NCBI GenBank assembly: GCA_045598975.1
Contig: JAZRVE010000099.1
Span: forward strand, 4,315 to 68,314
Direction of reading: 5' to 3'
DNA from: Eubacteriales bacterium
Lineage (GTDB): Bacteria; Bacillota; Clostridia; Oscillospirales; CAG-382
Length of the DNA: 64,000 bases
The position numbers were made by a program, and so were the translations under genes. This document shows positions 34,732 to 44,488 of this stretch, one piece after another (positions within the stretch are counted from its first letter, which is position 1; each line of letters begins with the position of its first letter). Under the pieces are notes generated by a model. It did not search any database and had not been told where the DNA came from. It saw only the letters and a list, made by a program, of their open reading frames with translations.

Positions 34732-35565
34732 TCAGTCGGCACATTTTTTGTAAATTTTGAGACGGAAATCCGCGCGGCAGGAGAGGGCACCGAGTTTTTC
34801 GGAGCGTGCTCGGACGTCTGCCGAGCTTCGCCAAAAATAGGGCGTCATGGCGAACAGATTCCCCGCGTCCGCTCCCGAAAGCGCCATGTCATAAGAAAGG
34901 CTCTTTTCGTCAAGCAGGACGAAGCCCTCGTAGGCGGGCGTTTTTTCCTCGTTTTGCTCCGGCGTTTGGTACAGCGCCTTTTTCAGATCGTACAAATGGT
35001 CTTTTCCGGGGCTTGCGACGAGTAATATCCCACCGCAGACGAGCACGCGGCGGCATTCGGCGTCCGGCACCGGCGCAAAGACCGACAGCACCGCTCCGGC
35101 GGAAGCATCGGCGAACGGCATGGCGAAAATGCCGTCCACGCAATAGTGGTTCCGTTCGGGGGACTGCTTCTGCTTTTTTGCCGCAAGACGCACGGCGGTC
35201 TTGGCAAGATCCAGCCCGTATAGGTCGATCTGCGGCAGTGCGTGTTTGAGAAAGCGGTCGTAGTAGCCCTCTCCGCAGCCGGCGTCGATGACGAGCGGGT
35301 GCGTGTGTAACGGTGCGTTACGGCAGAGCGCTTCGGCAAGAGCCTTTGCAAGCGGCTCGTAAAAGCCTCTTTCCAGAAATTCCCGCCGTGCGCGGCAGGT
35401 GTCTGCCGCGTCGCCCGAAAGCGCCGTGACGCCCTTTTTGACGGCGGCGAAGTTGACGTACCCCTCGGCGGATTTGTCGAAAAGATGCCGGTTTTCGCAC
35501 ACGATGCCGGTGTCGGTTTCCTCCATGCCGGCGTGGCAGACGGGGCAGAGATAGGCGGTTTTCAT
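34732..35565 (-). CDS. rlmA: 23S rRNA (guanine745-N1)-methyltransferase RlmA-like
   Basis: Zn-finger CPVCH...CENRHLFDKSAEGYVNF and SAM motif IDAGCGEGYY; collinear with E. coli RlmA. Start at the ATG at 35565 (AAAGGAGAA RBS, ATGA overlap with the mnmA stop). The longer 531-aa ORF is an artefact. Confidence 0.8.
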   Translation of the reverse strand: MKTAYLCPVCHAGMEETDTGIVCENRHLFDKSAEGYVNFAAVKKGVTALSGDAADTCRARREFLERGFYEPLAKALAEALCRNAPLHTHPLVIDAGCGEGYYDRFLKHALPQIDLYGLDLAKTAVRLAAKKQKQSPERNHYCVDGIFAMPFADASAGAVLSVFAPVPDAECRRVLVCGGILLVASPGKDHLYDLKKALYQTPEQNEEKTPAYEGFVLLDEKSLSYDMALSGADAGNLFAMTPYFWRSSADVRARSEKLGALSCRADFRLKIYKKCAD

Positions 35566-36686
35566 GGTGTTTCTCCTTTGTCGGGCTCCGACGCTGTCAG
35601 CGCCCCGACGGACGAAATGATGCCGCCGCCGACCACGGATTCTCCGTCGTACAGGACGGCGGACTGCCCGCAGGTGATGGCGCGTGCGGGGACGTCCAGC
35701 ACCACCTTCAAGCCGTTTTCGCCGTGCGGCGTCACCGTCGCGTCCTGCTCGTTCTGGCGGTAGCGCACCTTGACCTTGACGCGAAGCGGGGACGTGAGAG
35801 ACGCGTACGAAATGAGATTGACGTCCGATACGAAAAAGGTGTCGGCATACAGATCGCGTTCGTGTCCCAACACGACGGTGTTGTCTGCCGGACGGACGTC
35901 CAGCACGTACAGCGGTTCGTCGGAAGAAATGCCGAGCCCCTTGCGCATCCCCTTGGTGTAGTGGATAATGCCCTTGTGCCGCCCGAGAAGACGCCCGTGG
36001 GTGTCGACGAAATCGCCGGGCGGATAGTCTTTTCCGGTATAGGTGCGGATAAAATCGGTATAGCTTGTGCCGCGCGGCACGAAGCAGATGTCCTGACTGT
36101 CGTGCTTGGCGGCATTGATAAAGCCGTTTTCCCCGGCAAGTGCGCGCACCTGCGCTTTGGCAAAGCCGCCGAGCGGGAAGAGGGTGTGCGCGAGCTGTTC
36201 CTGCGTGAGGGAATAGAGGACGTAGCCCTGATCCTTGGTGTCGTCGAGCCCCTTCTGCAAGAGGTACCGTCCGGTTTTTTCGTCCTGCGCGATGCGGGCG
36301 TAGTGCCCGGTGGCGAGATAATCGCATCCGAGCGAACGGGCGTACTCGTACAGCGCGTCGAATTTTAACGCACGGTTGCAGTTGATGCAGGGGTTAGGCG
36401 TCTGCCCGTTTTCGTAGGCGGCGGCAAACGTGTCGATGACCTCGCGGCGGAAGGTGTCGGTCAGATCGACGACGGTATGCGGGATGCCGAGCGTTTCGCA
36501 TATGCGTGCCGCATCGCGGATGTCCTCGTCTCCGCCGCACACGCCGCTGCTTTCGGTATATAAGCGCATGGTGATGCCCGTGCAGGAAAAGCCTTCGCGC
36601 ACGAGAAGAAGCGCCGCAACGGCGGAATCCACACCGCCGCTCATGGCGACGGCGATTTTTGCGTTTTTCGGGGGAAGGGCGGTCAT
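35562..36686 (-). CDS. mnmA: tRNA 2-thiouridine(34) synthase
   Basis: PP-loop AVAMSGGVDSAVAA, CINCN and the rest are collinear with MnmA. Start at the ATG at 36686 behind GAGGTG. Confidence 0.9.
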   Translation of the reverse strand: MTALPPKNAKIAVAMSGGVDSAVAALLLVREGFSCTGITMRLYTESSGVCGGDEDIRDAARICETLGIPHTVVDLTDTFRREVIDTFAAAYENGQTPNPCINCNRALKFDALYEYARSLGCDYLATGHYARIAQDEKTGRYLLQKGLDDTKDQGYVLYSLTQEQLAHTLFPLGGFAKAQVRALAGENGFINAAKHDSQDICFVPRGTSYTDFIRTYTGKDYPPGDFVDTHGRLLGRHKGIIHYTKGMRKGLGISSDEPLYVLDVRPADNTVVLGHERDLYADTFFVSDVNLISYASLTSPLRVKVKVRYRQNEQDATVTPHGENGLKVVLDVPARAITCGQSAVLYDGESVVGGGIISSVGALTASEPDKGETP

Positions 36687-36726
36687 GTGTGTCACCTCGT
36701 CAAAGGAAAAATAGAGAGGAGTATAC

Positions 36727-36757
36727 AAAAGACCGGATGAAACATCCGGTCTTTTTT
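36727..36757 (-). terminator. rpsU terminator (bidirectional shape)
   Basis: Stem AGACCGGATG/CATCCGGTCT with flanking A and T runs. Confidence 0.75.
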
Positions 36758-36758
36758 C

Positions 36759-36935
36759 TTACTTGAACTTTCTCTTACGAGCGGCTTCGGACTTTTTCTT
36801 ACGCTTTACACTCGGTTTTTCGTAGTGTTCTCTCTTGCGAAGTTCCGTGAGCACGCCGCTTCTTGCACACTGTCTCTTAAAACGGCGAAGCGCACTGTCA
36901 AGCGATTCATTGTCCTTGATTTTGATTTCTGCCAT
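36759..36935 (-). CDS. rpsU: 30S ribosomal protein S21
   Basis: Not in the supplied ORF track (58 aa). Hand translation: [69 protein letters not shown]. Confidence 0.9.
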   Translation of the reverse strand: MAEIKIKDNESLDSALRRFKRQCARSGVLTELRKREHYEKPSVKRKKKSEAARKRKFK

Positions 36936-36987
36936 CTATTTTCCCTCCCTCCGCTTTTGGCAAAGAGAATTTTTTATGCCATATCTC

Positions 36988-37016
36988 ATTATACCGTACG
37001 AAACGCGGATTGTCAA
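36988..37016 (-). promoter_or_regulatory. consensus promoter of rpsU
   Basis: Minus strand: TTGACA (37016-37011), 17 nt, TATAAT (36993-36988). Confidence 0.7.
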
Positions 37017-37057
37017 GACGAAATTTCATATAATTATGAATTTATTGTAAAATCGTC

Positions 37058-39448
37058 TCACCGCACCACGATGTTGATGAGCTTGTCCGGCACGAAGATC
37101 TCCTTGACGACGGTCTTGCCGTCGAGAAGCTTTGCGAATTTCTCGTTTTCCTTCACTAATGTGAGCGCCGCATCCTTGTCCGTTCCGGCGGGCATGACGA
37201 GCGTGCCCTTGAATTTGCCGCAGAGCTGGACGGCGACCTCGACGGTGGCGTCCACCGTCTTTGCGGGATCGAAGGACGGCCATGCGGCAAGGGAGGCAAA
37301 ATCATCATGTCCGAGCACGGTGTGCCACAGCTCCTCGCAGAGGTGCGGGGCAAACGGGCAGAGCAGACGGGTGAGTATGTCCAGCTCGTCCTTTGTCAGC
37401 GTACCGGCGTCGTAGATATCGTTGAGAAGCGACATCATGGCGGCGATGGCGGTGTTGAACTTCATATCCTCGATGTCCTGCGACACCTTCTTGATGGTCT
37501 TGTGTAAGGAGGAGGTGAGAGCGGGTGTTTCGCCGGTGCCGGATACAAGCTCGGTAAGTCCCGCAAAGCGTTCGAGAAACCGCTTGCACCCGCGGACACT
37601 GCTGTCGTTCCACGGAGCGGCGGAGGCGTAATCGCCCATGAATAAGGTATAAACGCGAAGCACGTCGGCACCATATTCGTCCACGACGTCGAGCGGGTCG
37701 ATGACGTTGCCTTTGGATTTGCTCATCTTTTCGCCGTCGGGCCCCAAAATGAGTCCCTGCGCGGTGCGCTTTGCATACGGCTCGGCACACGGGACGATGC
37801 CGTTGTCATATAAGAAATGGTGCCAGAAGCGCGAATAGATCATGTGGCGGGTAACGTGCTCCATGCCGCCGTTGTACCAGTCGACCGGCATCCAGTATTT
37901 GAGGTTTTCCTCCGACGCGAGCGCCTCGTCATTGTGCGGATCGACGTAGCGCAGGAAGTACCACGACGAGCCTGCCCACTGCGGCATGGTGTCGGTCTCG
38001 CGCTTGGCTTTCCCGCCGCACTTGGGACAGGTGCAGTTGACGAAGGAGTCGATCTTGGCGAGCGGGCTTTCGCCGCCTTCACCGGGCGCAAAATTTTCCA
38101 TATCCGGCAGTTTCAGCGGCAGTTCCTCATACGGAACGCCCACCATGCCGCACTTGGGGCAGTGGACGATCGGGATGGGCTCGCCCCAGTAGCGCTGGCG
38201 GTTGAACGCCCAGTCCTTCATTTTGTACTGCACGCCCTTTTCCTTTAAGTAAGCGAGCATGGTGTCGATCGCCTGCTTCTTGGAGGATATACCGTCGAGG
38301 AAGCCGGAGTTGACGCATTCGCCCTCACCGGTGTAGGCTTCGACCGAGACGTCGCCGCCCTTGATGACCTCGATGATGTCGATGCCGAATTTCTTGGCAA
38401 AGGCATAGTCGCGTTCGTCGTGCGCCGGGACGGCCATAATGGCGCCCGTTCCGTAGCTCATCATGACGTAGTCGGAAATGTACAGCGGGATCTCCTTGCC
38501 GTTGGCGGGGTTGACGGCGCAAAGCCCTTCGATGCGTACGCCCGTTTTGTCCTTGACGAGCTGGGTGCGCTCGAATTCCGTCTTCTTGGCACATTCTTCC
38601 TTGTAGGCGTCAAGAGCGGCGATGTTGGCGATGCGGTCGCGGTATTTTTCGATGAGGGGATGCTCGGGCGCGATGACCATGAAGGTGACGCCGAACATGG
38701 TGTCACAGCGGGTGGTGTAAATGCGCAGAACGTCGTCCGTTCCGGCGATGCCGAAGTTGACAAAAGCGCCCTCCGAGCGACCGATCCAGTTTTGCTGCAT
38801 GAGCTTGACGTTGGGCAGGTAATCGACCTCTTCCAGCCCGTTCAACAGCTTGTCGGCGTATTCGGTGATGCGTAAGTACCACACGTCCTTGGATTTCTGC
38901 ACGATGTCGCTGTGGCAGATGTCGCACTTGCCGCCCTGGGAGTCCTCGTTGGAAAGGACGACCTTGCAGTGCGGGCAGTAGTTGACGAGCGTGGTGGCAC
39001 GGAAGACGAGCCCGGCGTCAAACATTTTGCGGAAGATCCACTGCGTCCACTTGTAGTAGCCCTCTTCGGTGGTGTCGATGACACGCGACCAGTCGAAGGA
39101 GAACCCGACGCGCTTCAACTGTTCGGAAAAGCGCTTGATGTTGGTGTCGGTGACGGCACGCGGGTGGATACCGGTCTTGATGGCGTAGTTTTCTGTGGGA
39201 AGTCCGTAGGCGTCAAAGCCGATGGGGAACAGCACGTTGTAGCCCTGCATCCGGCGCTTGCGGCTGATGACTTCCAGCCCCGAATACGCCTTGATGTGCC
39301 CGACGTGCATACCCGCACCGCTCGGGTAGGGAAACTCGACGAGCCCGTAGAATTTCGGCTTTGTGTGATCGTCGGAAGCCCGGAAGATCTGCTCTTTTTC
39401 CCAGGCGTCCTGCCATTTTTTCTCAATTTCTTTGCATTCGTATTTCAT
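37058..39448 (-). CDS. leuS: leucine--tRNA ligase
   Basis: 796 aa with HIGH-type motif (MHVGH) and KMSKSKGN. Confidence 0.97.
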   Translation of the reverse strand: MKYECKEIEKKWQDAWEKEQIFRASDDHTKPKFYGLVEFPYPSGAGMHVGHIKAYSGLEVISRKRRMQGYNVLFPIGFDAYGLPTENYAIKTGIHPRAVTDTNIKRFSEQLKRVGFSFDWSRVIDTTEEGYYKWTQWIFRKMFDAGLVFRATTLVNYCPHCKVVLSNEDSQGGKCDICHSDIVQKSKDVWYLRITEYADKLLNGLEEVDYLPNVKLMQQNWIGRSEGAFVNFGIAGTDDVLRIYTTRCDTMFGVTFMVIAPEHPLIEKYRDRIANIAALDAYKEECAKKTEFERTQLVKDKTGVRIEGLCAVNPANGKEIPLYISDYVMMSYGTGAIMAVPAHDERDYAFAKKFGIDIIEVIKGGDVSVEAYTGEGECVNSGFLDGISSKKQAIDTMLAYLKEKGVQYKMKDWAFNRQRYWGEPIPIVHCPKCGMVGVPYEELPLKLPDMENFAPGEGGESPLAKIDSFVNCTCPKCGGKAKRETDTMPQWAGSSWYFLRYVDPHNDEALASEENLKYWMPVDWYNGGMEHVTRHMIYSRFWHHFLYDNGIVPCAEPYAKRTAQGLILGPDGEKMSKSKGNVIDPLDVVDEYGADVLRVYTLFMGDYASAAPWNDSSVRGCKRFLERFAGLTELVSGTGETPALTSSLHKTIKKVSQDIEDMKFNTAIAAMMSLLNDIYDAGTLTKDELDILTRLLCPFAPHLCEELWHTVLGHDDFASLAAWPSFDPAKTVDATVEVAVQLCGKFKGTLVMPAGTDKDAALTLVKENEKFAKLLDGKTVVKEIFVPDKLINIVVR

Positions 39449-39483
39449 ACTGATTTATCCTTTCCCGCATGCGCGGTGTATAC

Positions 39484-39855
39484 TTATGCCTGCTTGTCAT
39501 CGGGCGTGAAGGGCACTTCCTCGCATTCCGCCCAGAGCTTGTCAAGATTGTAAAACTCGCGTGACTGCGGGTTGAAGACGTGTACGATGACGCATCCGTA
39601 GTCGAGCAGTACCCAGTTGCCGAGCCCGCGTCCTTCGATGTTGGCGGGGGAAAGCCCGGATTCGGTCGAGAGCTTGTATTCCACCTCGTCCGCGAGGGCG
39701 TTGACCTGCGTGCGGCTCGTTCCGCCGGCGATGACGAAGTAATCGGCGATGACGGTCTTTTCCTCCACGCGAAGGAGCTTGATGTCAAAAGCCTTTTTGC
39801 TGTCGAGTATCTGTGCGATGCGTTCCGCGAGTGCTTTGGCGTCGATATGATCCAT
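39484..39855 (-). CDS. rsfS: ribosome silencing factor
   Basis: 123 aa. DYFVIAGGTSRTQVNALAD ... WVLLDYGCVIVHVF is typical of RsfS/iojap. Confidence 0.9.
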   Translation of the reverse strand: MDHIDAKALAERIAQILDSKKAFDIKLLRVEEKTVIADYFVIAGGTSRTQVNALADEVEYKLSTESGLSPANIEGRGLGNWVLLDYGCVIVHVFNPQSREFYNLDKLWAECEEVPFTPDDKQA

Positions 39856-39877
39856 GTTTGTTCCTTTCTGCTTGTAT

Positions 39878-41239
39878 TCAGCGCATGAAGCCGAGGTCCG
39901 GCTGGGTTTCGGTAATATCGGCGGCGGTGAGAGGGGCGGTGCTGGTGTCGCCGGCGGCGATCTCAACGGCGTAGAAATAGCGCTCGTCGAGGTCTGTCGT
40001 ATACTTGTTGAGATAGGTGTTGACGTACTGCATCATGGTCGCTTTGTCGATGGAGTAATAGGAGATGTCGTTCTTGTACTTGGCGGAGCCGGGCATGGTG
40101 AGCATGACGACCTCGTCCATTTTGACATCGAGGGCGTTTGTGACAAAGTACAGGATGTCGGAGACGGAAAGATTGGTTTCGAGATTCTTTGACAGCTCGG
40201 TCGCCATATCGTTGAGATTCAGGATGCCGTCGAGGCTGAGGACCTTTTTGATAAACGCCGTCATGAAGATTTTCTGGGCGTCGATGCGGGCGATGTCGGC
40301 GGCGGCGTAGCCGTAGCGGAAGCGGATGAAGCCCTCGGCGTCCTTGCCGTTAAGGTGCTTGTTGCCCTTCTTGATGTGGATGTGCAGGTCCTGATAGGGG
40401 TCGTCGTAGTCCATGTCCTCCTGGACGTAGACGTCGACGCCGCCGATGGCGTCCACGATGTTGACGAAGCCGTCAAGATTGAGCCGCGCGTAAAAATCGA
40501 CGGGCGTGCCGAAGGAGTTGGACAGCAGGGCACAGAGATATTTGATGGCAAAAGCGGATTTGACCTGATAGAGGATCTCCGTTTTCTTTTCGGGGGTGGA
40601 GGCGAGATAATTCTTCACGAAAGCGAGATCGACGTCGAGGAACGACTCATCGAGCAGTGCCTGAATATCGGTGTCGGTAGCGCCGGAGGACGATTTGATG
40701 ATCCGGTCGAACTCCGATTCCGCGAAGCTTCCCGCGTGACCGAGCGCGGAATTGATCTTACAGCCGTAGCCGTTCGAGGCGGCGAAGTTTTTCGGAGAAA
40801 GCGAGCCGTCCTCGTCGAAATACAGCTTGTTGCTCAAAGTAACGTAGGTGTCGCGCGGGATCTGCATGAGCGAGCAGGTCTTTTCGGCGACGTCGTACCG
40901 GGCGATCATGATGACGTCGGATAGCCATTCCTTGCGGTCGCATCCGATGACGAGGAAGGTGTAGCAGTTGTTTTTGCGTGTCAGAAGCGGTTCCGCGGCG
41001 CTCGTTCCTTCGGGTGTCTCGGGTACGTATTCCGGGGAGACGACGTCGGGCAGGTCCTCGTTGATGGTGGGACGGTAGATGTTTTTATAGTAAACAACGG
41101 TCCCGAAGACGGCGATGAGAAGGACGCAGATGATGATGAACAGGGTGAGAAGCACCTTCTGCCAGGTGGCGAAGCCGCGTTTGCGCTGACGGTTTAGCTG
41201 GAATTCGGAAGTGGTGGAAAGATCATTTTTGTGGGACAT
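39878..41239 (-). CDS. LCP (LytR-CpsA-Psr) family protein
   Basis: N-terminal TM, then VIMIARYD...SLMQIPRDTYV and LNGKDAEGFIRFR motifs. Confidence 0.8.
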   Translation of the reverse strand: MSHKNDLSTTSEFQLNRQRKRGFATWQKVLLTLFIIICVLLIAVFGTVVYYKNIYRPTINEDLPDVVSPEYVPETPEGTSAAEPLLTRKNNCYTFLVIGCDRKEWLSDVIMIARYDVAEKTCSLMQIPRDTYVTLSNKLYFDEDGSLSPKNFAASNGYGCKINSALGHAGSFAESEFDRIIKSSSGATDTDIQALLDESFLDVDLAFVKNYLASTPEKKTEILYQVKSAFAIKYLCALLSNSFGTPVDFYARLNLDGFVNIVDAIGGVDVYVQEDMDYDDPYQDLHIHIKKGNKHLNGKDAEGFIRFRYGYAAADIARIDAQKIFMTAFIKKVLSLDGILNLNDMATELSKNLETNLSVSDILYFVTNALDVKMDEVVMLTMPGSAKYKNDISYYSIDKATMMQYVNTYLNKYTTDLDERYFYAVEIAAGDTSTAPLTAADITETQPDLGFMR

Positions 41240-41942
41240 TTTCAGATACCTCGTTGCTGTTTGACAGTATTTGCGAAAGAATGTTGTTGCGGGCGTTCAG
41301 CGTGGCGGGATCGATGAGACGGCGGGTATCGACAAGATGCTTTAAGGTGTCATCGAGGCTCATGAGAACGGTGCGGTTCAAAACGTTTACGTTGCCGGGA
41401 GAACCGTGCTTTAACGAGCCGTGCAGGAAATCCCGTGCGGCGCGGCAGGTCTCGTAGGTGCGTAAGGGTTCGGTGTAATCGGCGACAAACAGGATTTTGT
41501 CGAGAAGCGACATCTCTTCGCCGCCGGTCGTGTGCCGGAAGATTGCCGAGAAGACGGCATCGTTGACGGCGTATTTCTCGCGGGCAAAGTGAGCGCCGGT
41601 GAAGGCGTGCAGAACGGCGGATGAGGTGAAAGCGTTCACGGGAACGCCGTAGTGCGCGCATAGGGTACGCTGTTCTTCATCGGTGCGCTGTTTGGTGCAG
41701 TCGTGAAGGAGTGCGGCGGCGCTGACGTCGTTTTCGGTAAAGGCGGTGTCCGTGCAGGCTTTCACGTCATGCGCGGACGTGCCGGACGCGCCGGAAGACA
41801 GGAAAAAATCCGCGATCCAAAGGGCTTCTTTTTCCACGGAATACGTGTGTTCCAGACGTTTTCCCGAAATAAGGGAGGGAAGCTCGGCGCGTATCCTGCC
41901 TATGAGAGAGGGATCGGTGGGCGTGTTCACAAAGTAGGACAT
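41223..41942 (-). CDS. yqeK: bis(5'-nucleosyl)-tetraphosphatase (symmetrical), HD domain
   Basis: RLEHTYSV ... LLHDCTK HD motif. Conserved position next to nadD. Confidence 0.8.
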   Translation of the reverse strand: MSYFVNTPTDPSLIGRIRAELPSLISGKRLEHTYSVEKEALWIADFFLSSGASGTSAHDVKACTDTAFTENDVSAAALLHDCTKQRTDEEQRTLCAHYGVPVNAFTSSAVLHAFTGAHFAREKYAVNDAVFSAIFRHTTGGEEMSLLDKILFVADYTEPLRTYETCRAARDFLHGSLKHGSPGNVNVLNRTVLMSLDDTLKHLVDTRRLIDPATLNARNNILSQILSNSNEVSENVPQK

Positions 41943-41949
41943 CCTTTCG

Positions 41950-42573
41950 TCAGTTCAGATGATATAAATGACGGCTCTTACAGTAGGCAAGCACCTTTTC
42001 GTCGAGCTGTCCGTCCGTATCGGCAAACGTCCCGCTTTCCGCAAGAGAGTCGCGTAGGGACGTGCTCGAAACGTCGAGCGGTCTTTCCGTTAAAACCGTA
42101 ACGTCGGCGCCGCAGGTGTCTTTCAGAAAAGCGGCTCGTTCCCGTAACGGCGCGAGTTCGTTTTCGTGCCGTGCCATGGTGAATAAGCGGCAGCAGCGCA
42201 TGAGCTCGTCCGCGTTTTTCCACGTGTCGAAGGAAAAGAGCATATCGCTTCCCACACAGAGGGAAAGTCGACTGAGCGAAAAAACTTCGAGCAGATGCCG
42301 CACGGTGAGATAGGTATAGCTTTTCCCGCCCTGCGTGATTTCATAATCGGACACGGTGTAGTTGACGCCGTTTTGCCCGAGCGGGAGAAACGCGAGACGC
42401 GTCATGGCGAGCCTGTCCTCGGCGGACGTGTCGGATGACGCCTTGTGCGGCGGCAGGTAGGACGGCATGACGATGAGCAGATCGACGCCGGAAGCTTCGT
42501 AGAACAAAGAGGCAAGGCGCGTATGTCCGCTGTGCGGCGGGTCGAAGGTGCCGCCGAAAAGCCCGACGGTCAT
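41950..42573 (-). CDS. nadD: nicotinate-nucleotide adenylyltransferase
   Basis: GLFGGTFDPPHSGH motif. Confidence 0.9.
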   Translation of the reverse strand: MTVGLFGGTFDPPHSGHTRLASLFYEASGVDLLIVMPSYLPPHKASSDTSAEDRLAMTRLAFLPLGQNGVNYTVSDYEITQGGKSYTYLTVRHLLEVFSLSRLSLCVGSDMLFSFDTWKNADELMRCCRLFTMARHENELAPLRERAAFLKDTCGADVTVLTERPLDVSSTSLRDSLAESGTFADTDGQLDEKVLAYCKSRHLYHLN

Positions 42574-42899
42574 GCTTTTTTGCGGGGCGCGGCAGGCAGT
42601 TCGATCTTGCGGTTTTCCGCGTGGCTCGCCTGCTTGAAAAAGACGATGCGCCGCCCGATGATCTGCACGCTCTGACAGCCGAGCGCTTCACAGATACGCG
42701 GGGCGAGCTCCTTTGCGGAGACGTCCGCTGTTTCGAGCAGACTGATCTTGATAAGCTCCCGTGCTTCGAGAGCGTCGCCGATCTGTTTGAGAAAGTTGTC
42801 GGAAAGCCCGTCTTTTCCGTATTGGAAGATGGCGGGAAGGGTGTTGGCGAGACCGCGCAGATAGGCGCGTTCGCCGGAGGTAAGAGCGGTGTAGGACAT
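42570..42899 (-). CDS. yhbY: ribosome assembly RNA-binding protein YhbY (CRM domain)
   Basis: LTSGERAYLRGLA ... ELIKISLL pattern, 109 aa. Confidence 0.85.
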   Translation of the reverse strand: MSYTALTSGERAYLRGLANTLPAIFQYGKDGLSDNFLKQIGDALEARELIKISLLETADVSAKELAPRICEALGCQSVQIIGRRIVFFKQASHAENRKIELPAAPRKKA

Positions 42900-42925
42900 G
42901 GTCTGTTCCTTTCGTGTTTACCGTA

Positions 42926-43540
42926 TCAGACGGTAATAATCGGTAAAAGTTCCTTTTGAATGGCACGGATGGCGCACGAACGGTGGCTGATCTCGTTTTT
43001 TTCCGCCTCCGTCGTTTCGCCGAAGGTGCGCCCGTATCTTTCCACGAAAAACACCGGATCGTAGCCGAAGCCGCTTTCTCCGTGCCGCTCGCGGGTGATG
43101 CGTCCTTCGCAGACGCCGCGCACGACGATCTCTTTCCCATCCGGGAAAACGAGCGCCATCGCGCAGACAAAACGCGCGGTGCGCTGATCGTCCGGCGTGT
43201 TTTTCAATTCTTCAAGCAGTTTGTCCACGTTTTCCGCGTCGGTGGCGTTGTGCCCGTTTTGCGAAGCGTAACGCGCCGAATAGATGCCGGGCGCACCGCC
43301 TAAGGCGTCGACGCACAGCCCCGAGTCGTCGGCAAGGGCGGGAAGCGAGGTCGCGCGGCAGACGGTACGCGCCTTGATGAGGGCGTTTTCTTCAAACGTT
43401 GCGCCGTTTTCCTCGATGTCTCCCGTAAAGCCGACGGAGCGCATCCCGACAAGCTCTATGCCGTCCGATGCCAGCATGATCCGGATTTCCTTGATTTTAT
43501 GCGCGTTGCCCGTGGCAACGGCGATGCGAAGCTTTTTCAC
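42926..43540 (-). CDS. rdgB: XTP/dITP diphosphatase (Ham1/RdgB)
   Basis: IAVATGNAHKIKEI ... DDSGL ... GFGYDPVF motifs. Confidence 0.9.
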   Translation of the reverse strand: MKKLRIAVATGNAHKIKEIRIMLASDGIELVGMRSVGFTGDIEENGATFEENALIKARTVCRATSLPALADDSGLCVDALGGAPGIYSARYASQNGHNATDAENVDKLLEELKNTPDDQRTARFVCAMALVFPDGKEIVVRGVCEGRITRERHGESGFGYDPVFFVERYGRTFGETTEAEKNEISHRSCAIRAIQKELLPIITV

Positions 43541-44463
43541 AGCGCACCGCCTTCCTTCGCGGCAAAGAGCGCGGACACGAACTGCGTGCGGTCAAACGGC
43601 TGTAAATCGTCGATCTGTTCGCCGACGCCGATGAATTTGACGGGGATGCCGAGCTCCTTGCGGACGGAAATGACGATGCCGCCCTTGGCGGTGCCGTCGA
43701 GCTTGGTGAGGACGATGCCGGTGATGGGGCAGGATTGCGTGAATTCCTTTGCCTGACTGATGGCGTTCTGCCCGGTGACGGCGTCGAGCACGAGAAGCGT
43801 TTCGCGGTCGCTGTCCGGCAGTTCCCGGTCGAGCACCCGCCCGATCTTGGAAAGCTCGTCCATGAGGTTTTTCTTGATGTGGAGCCGTCCCGCCGTGTCG
43901 ACGATGAGCACGTCGATGTGGTGGCTCTTGACGTAGGACGCGGCGTCGAAAACGACGGACGCGGGGTCGGAGCCCTCGGCATGCTTGATGATCGGCACGC
44001 CTACGCGGTCAGCCCAGATCTGTAACTGATCGACGGCGGCGGCGCGGAAGGTGTCGGCGGCGGCGAGTGCGACGGTTTTGCCGCTTGCTTTGAGCTGGTT
44101 TGCTATTTTGGCGATGGAGGTCGTCTTGCCCACGCCGTTGACGCCGATGACAAGGATGACGGCGGGGGAGGTGGTAAGACGGAGCGGCTCGTTTTCGCCG
44201 ATGGTCTCTTCGAGAATGGCGATAAGCTCGTTCTTTGCCTCCTCCGGCTCGCTGATGCGCTTGTCGCGGATGGCGTCGCGAAGGCTCTCGATGACCGATT
44301 CGGTGACGGGTACGCCGACGTCGGAGGCGATGAGGATTTCTTCCAGCTCTTCGAGCATATCCTCGTCTACCTTGACGAAGCTTTTGAAGAGGGAATCGAC
44401 CTGTCCGAAGACGGAATCCTTTGTTTTTTTCAGCCCGTCGAGTAATTTATCGAAAAATCCCAT
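43537..44463 (-). CDS. ftsY: signal recognition particle receptor FtsY
   Basis: GVNGVGKTTSIAK, DTAGR and TKLDGTAKGG GTPase motifs. Confidence 0.95.
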   Translation of the reverse strand: MGFFDKLLDGLKKTKDSVFGQVDSLFKSFVKVDEDMLEELEEILIASDVGVPVTESVIESLRDAIRDKRISEPEEAKNELIAILEETIGENEPLRLTTSPAVILVIGVNGVGKTTSIAKIANQLKASGKTVALAAADTFRAAAVDQLQIWADRVGVPIIKHAEGSDPASVVFDAASYVKSHHIDVLIVDTAGRLHIKKNLMDELSKIGRVLDRELPDSDRETLLVLDAVTGQNAISQAKEFTQSCPITGIVLTKLDGTAKGGIVISVRKELGIPVKFIGVGEQIDDLQPFDRTQFVSALFAAKEGGAL

Positions 44464-44488
44464 GATTTTTTCCTTTCTGAATTGGATA

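Noticed and set aside
35566-36327. N-terminal 254-codon extension of the rlmA ORF (531-aa version)
   Set aside because: The extension is Arg/Pro/Ala-rich and overlaps mnmA in another frame. Homology to RlmA begins at MKTAYLCPVCH, which has a strong RBS and an ATGA overlap with the mnmA stop.
39449-39483. Possible T-box or other leader upstream of leuS
   Set aside because: Only 35 nt separate leuS from rsfS, so there is no room for a T-box. leuS is evidently co-transcribed with the upstream genes.
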